Of a stretch of DNA of 5,415 nt, positions 1 through 5,407 are shown in pieces; positions within the stretch are counted from its first letter, which is position 1; every line of letters begins with the position of its first letter. The stretch spans positions 9,598-15,012 of the forward strand of contig CAYXWT010000014.1 of assembly GCA_964468895.1 (NCBI GenBank), given 5' to 3'. Made by a program: the position numbers and the translations under genes. Below the pieces are notes generated by a model. That model saw nothing but the letters and a program-made list of their open reading frames with translations. It searched no databases and was not told the origin of the DNA. This DNA is from an uncultured archaeon (GTDB lineage Archaea; Iainarchaeota; Iainarchaeia; Iainarchaeales; CSSED10-239).

Positions 1-81
1 AAAAAAGTAAAGTTGATAAAAAACCAAAAAAAAGTAAAATTAATAAAAAAGTATAGATATTATTTGTATTTTAATTTATAA
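1..81 (+). CDS. Possible 3' end of an upstream gene, with a Lys-rich C-terminal tail. Frame 1 reads ...KKVKLIKNQKKVKLIKKYRYYLYFNL and stops at TAA 79-81.
   Basis: Frame 1 is open from the window edge to TAA at 79-81. It contains two copies of a 23-nt unit (1-23 and 28-50, period 27 nt). The two G-to-A differences between the copies are both synonymous in frame 1 (aag/aaa Lys, ttg/tta Leu) and both non-synonymous in frame 3. Frame 3 is also open, to TAG at 54-56, so the frame and even the coding status remain uncertain. Confidence 0.25.
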   Translation, partial: KKVKLIKNQKKVKLIKKYRYYLYFNL

Positions 82-187
82 AAGTTGTTAGTTTTTAAAG
101 CTTTGCTAATATAAATTATATATAAATAATACTTTTTAAAATAATAGTTTTTCTTAGGTACTTCTATTTTAGTAAAAAGATCTAAGA

Positions 188-213
188 TTTTTAGAATATT
201 TTTATTCTAAAAA
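188..213. repeat. Perfect 11-bp inverted repeat, TTTTTAGAATA-tttt-TATTCTAAAAA, in the spacer upstream of L30e.
   Basis: Read directly from the sequence: 188-198 is the reverse complement of 203-213, with a 4-nt loop. A second 8-bp inverted repeat, AGATTTTA-taat-TAAAATCT, lies at 229-248. Function is unknown, and AT-only palindromes arise easily in this composition. Confidence 0.4.
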
Positions 214-304
214 TAAAATATAAATTAGAGATTTTATAATTAAAATCTTTAAAAGATATTTTAAATTTATACAAGATTGTAAATATAAATAAAAGTGAAA
301 ACAT

Positions 305-829
305 ATGGATTGGAATAGATTTAATCAAGAATTTAGAAATGTAATTGATACTGGTAGTATAATATATGGTACTAAAAATAGTAAAAGAGCTTGTTTTATT
401 GGAGAACCTAAATTATTAGTAGTTAGTAAAACATTAACTCCACATATAAAAGAAGAATTTATATATTTTGCAAAATTATTAAATATTCAAATTATAAATT
501 ATCCTGAGTCTAGTATAGAGTTAGGATCAGTTTGTGGTAAACCTTTTAGTATATCTGTAGTTGCTATGACCGATTTTGGAAAATCATCTATTGTAGATGT
601 AATAGAAAGTAAAGAAAATACTACTTCTAAAGTTAATTCTAAAGTTGTTTCAAAGAAATTAAAAAAAGAAACTAAAGATAAAATTAAAAAAGAAAAAATT
701 GCAAAAATTGCAGCTAAAAAAGCTGAAAGAGAAATAATTGATAAAGTAAAACAAGAAGAAGAAACTAAAGAAATTCCTATTAGAGAAGATGCAATGTTTA
801 AAGACATTATAAAAATTAAAAAGAAATAA
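305..829 (+). CDS. rpl30e: Ribosomal protein L30e (eL30) with a C-terminal Lys/Glu-rich extension of about 73 aa.
   Basis: Residues 1-101 match the archaeal L30e pattern as I recall it: VIDTGSIIYGTKNSKR, PKLLVV, FIYFAKLLNIQI, IELGSVCGKPFSISVVAMTDFG. For comparison, Methanocaldococcus L30e has AVDTGKVILGSKRT...YYAKLSNIPV...LELGAVCGKPFPVAAL. The position immediately upstream of S12 fits archaeal synteny. A weak SD-like AAGTGA lies at 293-298. Residues 102-174 are low-complexity K/E-rich sequence. Confidence 0.88.
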   Translation: MDWNRFNQEFRNVIDTGSIIYGTKNSKRACFIGEPKLLVVSKTLTPHIKEEFIYFAKLLNIQIINYPESSIELGSVCGKPFSISVVAMTDFGKSSIVDVIESKENTTSKVNSKVVSKKLKKETKDKIKKEKIAKIAAKKAEREIIDKVKQEEETKEIPIREDAMFKDIIKIKKK

Positions 830-872
830 TTAGATAAAATTGGAAATAAAAATATAATTTAGATAAAATTGT
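826..872 (+). repeat. Direct repeat in the L30e-S12 spacer. The exact 12-mer TAGATAAAATTG occurs at 831-842 and 860-871, each preceded by ATAAT(T).
   Basis: Read directly from the sequence. The copies are 29 nt apart. The first begins at the L30e stop codon and the second ends 3 nt before the S12 Shine-Dalgarno. Confidence 0.6.
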
Positions 873-873
873 T

Positions 874-879
874 GGTGAT
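874..879 (+). promoter_or_regulatory. Shine-Dalgarno site (GGTGAT) for S12.
   Basis: GGTGAT is complementary to the archaeal 16S 3' end (..GAUCACCUCC) and lies 5 nt upstream of the ATG at 885. The same motif class precedes S7, EF-2 and the methyltransferase ORF. Confidence 0.7.
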
Positions 880-884
880 TATAA

Positions 885-1310
885 ATGGCAAATGGAGAAT
901 TTTCTGCAAGAAAATTAATGAAAGATAGAAAAAAATGGAGAAAGAAAGATCCTAGAGAAAAAAGAAAGATTAAAGTTAGATTAAAGAAAGGATTATTAAA
1001 AGGTGCTCCACAAGCAAAAGGAATTGTTCTTGAAAAGAAAGGTGTTACAGCAAGACAGCCGAATTCAGGAATTAGAAAGTGTGTTAGAGTTCAATTAATA
1101 AAAAGTGGTAAAGAACTAACTGCTTTTGCTCCTAAAGATCAAGCTATAAAATTTATTGATGCTCACGATCAAGTAACTATTGAAGGAATTGGTGGTAGAA
1201 AGGGTGGACCTATTGGTGACCTTTGGGGTGTTAGATATAAAGTTATTAAAGTTAATGGACAATCTTTAGAAATGTTAAGAAAAGGTAAAAAGGAAAAAAC
1301 TAAAAGATAG
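885..1310 (+). CDS. rps12: Ribosomal protein S12 (uS12, archaeal/eukaryotic S23 type).
   Basis: The protein is 141 aa with the archaeal-type basic N-terminal extension. Conserved core segments are [30 protein letters not shown]-like LTAFAP and VTIEGIGG. It sits directly upstream of S7 and is preceded by an SD. Confidence 0.95.
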   Translation: MANGEFSARKLMKDRKKWRKKDPREKRKIKVRLKKGLLKGAPQAKGIVLEKKGVTARQPNSGIRKCVRVQLIKSGKELTAFAPKDQAIKFIDAHDQVTIEGIGGRKGGPIGDLWGVRYKVIKVNGQSLEMLRKGKKEKTKR

Positions 1311-1326
1311 ATTTTAGTTTTTTTTT
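1294..1326 (+). terminator. Hairpin enclosing the S12 stop codon, followed by a T-run. It looks like a terminator, attenuator or mRNA-stability element.
   Basis: AAAAAACTAAAA (1294-1305) pairs perfectly with TTTTAGTTTTTT (1312-1323), giving 12 bp. The 6-nt loop GATAGA contains the TAG stop at 1308-1310. The 3' arm merges into a T9 run (1318-1326). The stem is AU-rich, so its stability is modest. Confidence 0.45.
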
Positions 1327-1343
1327 AAATTTTTAAAAAATAT

Positions 1344-1349
1344 AAGGTG
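1344..1349 (+). promoter_or_regulatory. Shine-Dalgarno site (AAGGTG) for S7.
   Basis: AAGGTG lies 7 nt upstream of the ATG at 1357. Confidence 0.7.
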
Positions 1350-1356
1350 TAAAATT

Positions 1357-1956
1357 ATGAAACTTTTTAATAAATGGGAAACTACTGGAATTGAATATAA
1401 AGATTTAGGTATTCAAAAATATGTTAATTTAGAACCTAGAATAATTCCACATACTTTTGGAAATACTAATCATAAAAGTAATAGAAAAGCTAGAATGAAT
1501 CTTGTAGAAAGACTAATAAATAAAATGATGAGAAGTGGACAAGGTAAAAAGAAATTGTCTGGTAAATTTATTAGAAATAGAAATGGCTGTGGTAAAAAAG
1601 AACAACTTTTAAAAGCAGTTGAAGAAGCTTTAGATTATATTTATAAAACAACAAAAGAAAATCCAGTTCAAGTTTTAGTAAGAGCTGTTGAATTTAGTTC
1701 TCCTAGAGAAGATATTACTAAGCTTAGAAGAGGAGCTATTACTTATACTCAAGCAGTAGATGTAGCTCCAATTAAAAGATTGGATGAAGCTATAAAAAAT
1801 ATTGCTTTAGCAGCTTTTAAAAATACTTTTAAAAATAAAGCTGAAACTTATAAAGCTCTTGCAGATGAAATTATTACTGCTTCTAAAAACGATCCAAAAA
1901 GTTATGCTGTTAAAAGAAGAGATGAAATAGAAAGAATAGCTCAAGGTTCAAGATAA
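1357..1956 (+). CDS. rps7: Ribosomal protein S7 (uS7, archaeal/eukaryotic S5 type).
   Basis: The protein is 199 aa. The start MKLFNKWETTGIEYKDLGIQKYVNLEP matches the archaeal S7 N-terminus. Further matches are VERLINKMMRSG, ENPVQVLVRAVEFSSPRED, TQAVDVAPIKRLDEAI and the C-terminal KSYAVKRRDEIERIAQGSR. It sits in the S12-S7-EF2 order. Confidence 0.95.
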   Translation: MKLFNKWETTGIEYKDLGIQKYVNLEPRIIPHTFGNTNHKSNRKARMNLVERLINKMMRSGQGKKKLSGKFIRNRNGCGKKEQLLKAVEEALDYIYKTTKENPVQVLVRAVEFSSPREDITKLRRGAITYTQAVDVAPIKRLDEAIKNIALAAFKNTFKNKAETYKALADEIITASKNDPKSYAVKRRDEIERIAQGSR

Positions 1957-1974
1957 AATCTTAAACCTTTTTTT
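1943..1974 (+). terminator. Hairpin overlapping the S7 stop codon, followed by T7. A second T8 lies at 1998-2005.
   Basis: AAGGTTCAAGAT (1943-1954) pairs with ATCTTAAACCTT (1958-1969), giving 12 bp with one C/A mismatch at 1949/1963. The stop TAA (1954-1956) lies at the top of the stem and in the loop. The stem runs into TTTTTTT (1968-1974). The 102-nt spacer before EF-2 contains another T8. Confidence 0.5.
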
Positions 1975-2049
1975 ATTTATTCCATTTCCAAATTCTATTT
2001 TTTTTAATATTAAATATAAGTAAAAAATAGTTCTAAAAAAACAAAAATT

Positions 2050-2054
2050 GGTGA
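2050..2054 (+). promoter_or_regulatory. Shine-Dalgarno site (GGTGA) for EF-2.
   Basis: GGTGA lies 4 nt upstream of the ATG at 2059. Confidence 0.65.
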
Positions 2055-2058
2055 ATTA

Positions 2059-4260
2059 ATGGGAAGAAAAGAACAAGTTGCTGAACTTGCACAAAAATTA
2101 ATGTCTAATACAGAAAATATTAGAAATATGGCAATTATTGCACATATTGATCATGGAAAATCTACTTTAACAGATAATTTAGTAGCTACTGCTGGATTAA
2201 TATCAAAAGATCTAGCTGGTGAACAAAGATTTATGGATTCATATGTACTTGAACAAGAAAGAGGAATTACTATTAATTCTGCTAATGTTTCTGTTCCTTG
2301 TGAACATGAAGGAGAACAATATTTAATAAATATTATTGACACACCTGGTCATGTTGATTTTGGTGGAGATGTTATTAGAGCTATGAGAGCTGTTGATGGT
2401 GCTGTTTTAGTTGTTGATGCTGTTGAAGGTGTTATGCCTCAAACAGAAACTGTTTTAAGACAAGCTTTAAAAGAAAGAGTAAAACCTGTTTTATTTATTA
2501 ACAAAGTTGATAGATTAATAACTGAAATGAATGTTACTCCAGAAGATATGCAAAAAAGATTTGTAAAAATTGTTATGGATATTAATAATTTAATATCTCA
2601 AAATGCTGCTGAAGAATTTAGAAAAGATTGGTTAGTAAGTATTAAAGATGGATCTGTTTGTTTTGGTTCTGGTTTCCATAATTGGGCTTTATCAGTTCCT
2701 GCTATGGCTAAATTTAATATATCTTTTAAAGATGTTACTGAATATTGTCAAAATGAAAAGCAAAAAGAATTAGCTGAAAAAATACCTGTAAGTGTTGTAT
2801 TTTTAAAAATGACTATTGATCATTTACCTAATCCTAAAGTATCTCAAAAATATAGAATACCTATTATTTGGGAAGGAGATTTAGAAAGTGAAGAAGCTAA
2901 AGCTATGCTTACTTGTTCAAAAGAAGAGAAAAACTCTGCTATGATGGTAACTGATGTTGTTTTAGATAAACATGCTGGTGACATTGCTTCAGGAAGAATG
3001 TATTCAGGTACTATTAAGAAAGGAATGGACCTTTATATTGCTGGTAAAGAAAAACCTATTAAAGTACAACAAGTTGGAATTTACTTAGGACCTGAAAGAA
3101 TTATACTTGATGAAGTTAGTGCTGGTAATATTGCTTGTATTATTGGTATGAAAGAAATTTATGCTGGTCAAACAATATCTAACAATGATAAATTTCATGC
3201 TTTTGAAGATTTTATGTCTGATGCTGAACCTGTTATGACTGTTTCAGTAGAAGCTAAAAATAGTAAAGATCTTCCAAAATTAATTGAAGTAATACATAAT
3301 ATTACTAAAGAAGATCCAAACATTAGAGCTGAATTAAATCAAGAAACTGGTGAGCACTTAATTTCTGGTATGGGTGAACTTCATTTAGAAATTACTCAAT
3401 ATAAAATTGAAAAAGATAATAATATACCTATTACTGTTAGTCCTCCAATAGTTGTTTATTATGAAACTGTTCAAAAAGAATCTCCTACTATTGAAGGAAA
3501 AAGTCCAAATAAACATAATAAATTTAAAATTAGTGTTGAACCATTTGATAAAGAAACTTTAGCTAAAATTAAAGCTATTAAATTTGATGGTAAAATTAGA
3601 CCTAATAAAGATTTAGAAATTATAGAAAAACTAAAGGATGCTGGTTTTAATAGAGATGAAGCAAAAAGTGTTTGGGCAATACATAATAATTGTGTTTTAA
3701 TAAATAGAACTAAAGGTATACAAAATTTATTTGAAACTAAAGAATTAATTATTGAAGGTTTTACAGATGCTACTAATAGTGGACCAGTTGCAAAAGAAAA
3801 AGTTAATGGTTTATTAATTAATTTTGAAGATGCAACTCTTCACGAAGATGCAATACATAGAGGTCCAGCTCAAGTATTACCAGCAATAACTAGAGCAATA
3901 TATGCTTGTATGTTATCTGCAGATTATACTTTATTTGAACCTATACAAAAATTATCTATTAGTGTTCCTCAAGATTATATGGGTGCTGTTTCAAAAGTAT
4001 TATCTTCAAGAAGGTCACAAATTGAAAAAATGGATATTGAAGGAGATAGTAGTATAATTGTTGGTAAAATACCTGTTAAATCTCTTATTGGTTTAAGTCA
4101 AACTTTAAGAGGAGAAACACAAGGTAGAGCAATATGGACTGCTGAATATGCTGGTTATCAGAAATTACCTAAATCTTTACTCGCAATAACTGTTGCAGAG
4201 ATAAGAGAAAGAAAAGGTATGGATCCTGAACCAAAACCTGCAACATATTTTATGGATTAA
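2059..4260 (+). CDS. fusA: Translation elongation factor 2 (aEF-2), a translocase GTPase.
   Basis: The protein is 733 aa. GTPase motifs are G1 AHIDHGKST (nt 2140-2166), G3 DTPGH (2338-2352) and G4 NKVD (2500-2511). The archaeal/eukaryotic domain IV tip motif DATLHEDAIHRGPAQ is present, with the diphthamide-target His at codon 600 (nt 3856-3858). GEHLISGMGELHLEI is also present. Length and motifs are typical of archaeal EF-2. Confidence 0.97.
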   Translation: MGRKEQVAELAQKLMSNTENIRNMAIIAHIDHGKSTLTDNLVATAGLISKDLAGEQRFMDSYVLEQERGITINSANVSVPCEHEGEQYLINIIDTPGHVDFGGDVIRAMRAVDGAVLVVDAVEGVMPQTETVLRQALKERVKPVLFINKVDRLITEMNVTPEDMQKRFVKIVMDINNLISQNAAEEFRKDWLVSIKDGSVCFGSGFHNWALSVPAMAKFNISFKDVTEYCQNEKQKELAEKIPVSVVFLKMTIDHLPNPKVSQKYRIPIIWEGDLESEEAKAMLTCSKEEKNSAMMVTDVVLDKHAGDIASGRMYSGTIKKGMDLYIAGKEKPIKVQQVGIYLGPERIILDEVSAGNIACIIGMKEIYAGQTISNNDKFHAFEDFMSDAEPVMTVSVEAKNSKDLPKLIEVIHNITKEDPNIRAELNQETGEHLISGMGELHLEITQYKIEKDNNIPITVSPPIVVYYETVQKESPTIEGKSPNKHNKFKISVEPFDKETLAKIKAIKFDGKIRPNKDLEIIEKLKDAGFNRDEAKSVWAIHNNCVLINRTKGIQNLFETKELIIEGFTDATNSGPVAKEKVNGLLINFEDATLHEDAIHRGPAQVLPAITRAIYACMLSADYTLFEPIQKLSISVPQDYMGAVSKVLSSRRSQIEKMDIEGDSSIIVGKIPVKSLIGLSQTLRGETQGRAIWTAEYAGYQKLPKSLLAITVAEIRERKGMDPEPKPATYFMD

Positions 4261-4302
4261 TTACTAAAATTAATCCCAAAATCCTTTTTCTTTTTTTATT
4301 TT
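4254..4302 (+). terminator. Hairpin enclosing the EF-2 stop codon, followed by T-rich tracts. This is the likely end of the operon transcript.
   Basis: GGATTAATT (4254-4262) pairs perfectly with AATTAATCC (4268-4276), with loop ACTAA. The stop TAA (4258-4260) lies inside the 5' arm. Downstream are T5 (4285-4289), T7 (4291-4297) and further Ts to 4302. Oligo-T is the established archaeal termination signal. Confidence 0.55.
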
Positions 4303-4397
4303 CAAAAAAACTATTTTTTTAAAATTTATCATAAGTATTTTTAATAACTTTGAATTTATATTTAATATAGTGGATATTAATTTATTAAATTTATATT

Positions 4398-4404
4398 AGG
4401 TGAT
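4398..4404 (+). promoter_or_regulatory. SD-like AGGTGAT overlapping the annotated GTG start of the methyltransferase ORF.
   Basis: This is the same GGTGAT motif used upstream of S12. Here it overlaps the first in-frame start (GTG 4400), which follows directly after an in-frame TAG at 4397-4399. If it works as an SD, initiation would be expected about 4-7 nt downstream, where only ATT codons (4406, 4409) are in frame. Confidence 0.35.
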
Positions 4405-5110
4405 TATTATTTTTAGTATTTATAATAAAAGTTCAGAATCAATGAAAGAAATTAAAGATAAATCTATAGATTTCATTTTTACTTCTCCACCATATAATTT
4501 AGAAACAAAATATGATGGATTTAAAGATAGTCTATCTTTTAAAGATTATAAAAAAATGTTATCTAAAATTATTTGTGAGTGTTCTAGAGTTATAAAAAAT
4601 AATAGTTTATTTATAGTTGAAGTAGCAGATAGTGTTATTTTTAAAAATAAATATGTATTGCTTGCTGGTTTAATTCAATCTATTTGTCTTAAAAATTCAT
4701 TTTTTTTAGCTGGTAGATATATAAATTTTATAAATACAAACCATAAAGTTGAAATTCCTGACCATAATATTAAAAAGGATTTTTCTAATAATGGTAATGC
4801 TCATTCTAATTGTCATCAAATACTAATTTTTTCAAAAACAAAATTTAAAATAAAATTAAAAGAAGAAATTATTTATTTTAACTATAAAGAATCAAAAGAT
4901 CATAATTGTCCATTTCCAAAAGATACAGTTAATTTTGTTTTAGATAAATATTATCACAAAAATTTTAATGTTTTAGATCCATTTATGGGTGTAGCAATAT
5001 TAGGTGAAGAAGTTATTAAAAGAAAAGGTGATTTTTATGGTTACGAAATTTCTAAAATTTATTATACAACTGCATTACAAAAATTAGAATCTATATTTAT
5101 AAAAAATTAA
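4400..5110 (+). CDS. Beta-class N4/N6 DNA methyltransferase-like protein (N6_N4_Mtase fold). The SPPY motif IV suggests N4-cytosine type. The start codon is uncertain.
   Basis: The motif order is the circularly permuted beta-class order, with motif IV before motif I. The N-terminus is IY..(x)..IKDKSIDFIFTSPPY, with SPPY at nt 4484-4495. Next come a family-typical NAHSNCHQILIFSK segment and HNCPFP (4901-4918, compare HP..FP). Motif I and the following region, VLDPFMGVAILGEEVIKRKGDFYGYEIS, lie near the C-terminus (4976-5005 onward). Alignment of IYNK...SIDFIFTSPPY with the usual IY.GD...S(I/V)DLI.T.PPY supports a start at or near 4400 rather than ATG 4442. Confidence 0.8.
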   Translation: MIIIFSIYNKSSESMKEIKDKSIDFIFTSPPYNLETKYDGFKDSLSFKDYKKMLSKIICECSRVIKNNSLFIVEVADSVIFKNKYVLLAGLIQSICLKNSFFLAGRYINFINTNHKVEIPDHNIKKDFSNNGNAHSNCHQILIFSKTKFKIKLKEEIIYFNYKESKDHNCPFPKDTVNFVLDKYYHKNFNVLDPFMGVAILGEEVIKRKGDFYGYEISKIYYTTALQKLESIFIKN

Positions 5111-5362
5111 AAAATAAACTTAAATGATTATTTTAATTTTAGAGTCTATATATTCATGTGTTTTTTATAAAATGTAGTTATTATTGGATGTTTCTTTTTG
5201 TAATATAAATCTGACGTAGTTAAAATCTAAATTTCTATATTTGTTGGACAGCTTCTAAATTAATTAGTTTTTTTATTTTTGTTAGTTAGCAACACCTTTA
5301 AATATGTTTCTGTAATCTATTTTTTTAGATGTTATTTATTTTCAGCATTGCTGATATATAAT

Positions 5363-5407
5363 AAGGAGGTTGAAATGTTTTATGGTTACAAAAAAAAAAA
5401 TTGTTAA
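5363..5407 (+). other. Strong Shine-Dalgarno site (AAGGAGGT, 5363-5370) followed by ATG 5375. This opens a 10-codon ORF (MFYGYKKKNC) that stops at TAA 5405-5407, just after an A11 run (5390-5400).
   Basis: This is the best SD match in the window, with a 4-nt spacer to the ATG. The reading frame closes 5 nt after the A11 tract. The -1 frame (ttg tta aaa gaa aac) stays open to the window end. It could be a true leader peptide or micro-ORF, a homopolymer indel, or a slippage-dependent gene start. It cannot be resolved from the 15 nt that remain. Confidence 0.35.

Noticed and set aside
255-300. TATA-box and BRE promoter calls upstream of L30e (for example TAAATATAAA near 281-290) and upstream of the methyltransferase (TTTATATTTA, 4355-4364).
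   Set aside because: Intergenic DNA here is almost pure A/T, and TATA-like octamers occur every few bases. No call can be distinguished from background without transcription-start data.
499-807. A 102-aa ORF on the minus strand, antisense to L30e.
   Set aside because: It lies entirely within the well-supported L30e CDS. Its translation is low-complexity Ser/Leu/Ile-rich sequence, the mirror image of the K/E-rich tail, with no recognisable motif. It is a typical shadow ORF in AT-rich DNA.
1510-1600. An apparent insertion of about 14 aa in S7 (SGQGKKKLSGKFIRNRNGCGKK) relative to Methanococcus-type S7.
   Set aside because: As I recall, Thermococcales S7 proteins carry a comparable extra segment at the same place (..SGGSHYKVAGHFMRR..). 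This therefore looks like a known lineage variant of the loop and not a novelty. An alignment is needed to confirm it.
2151-2342. A 63-aa ORF on the minus strand, antisense to the EF-2 G domain.
   Set aside because: It overlaps the most conserved part of EF-2 (G1-G3) and has no SD and no recognisable motif. It is a shadow ORF.
3841-3864. Checked whether EF-2 has lost the diphthamide-target histidine, as reported for some archaeal lineages that lack dph genes.
   Set aside because: The motif HEDAIHRG is intact, with His at codon 600, so nothing in the sequence suggests an unusual EF-2.
5348-5362. A bacterial-looking TTGCTG ... TATAAT pair upstream of the strong SD at 5363.
   Set aside because: The spacing between the two hexamers is only about 3 nt rather than 17, and the rest of the window is archaeal. 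It is coincidental.
5111-5362. The ORF-free stretch after the methyltransferase, scanned for a tRNA, a structured ncRNA, a CRISPR repeat or IS termini.
   Set aside because: There is no GC-rich stem set, no tRNA-like cloverleaf segments, no spaced direct repeats and no terminal inverted repeats. Only short AT palindromes (AATTAATT, ATCTA-T6-TAGAT) and a 17-codon hydrophobic micro-ORF (5124-5177) without an SD were found. Nothing here is supportable.
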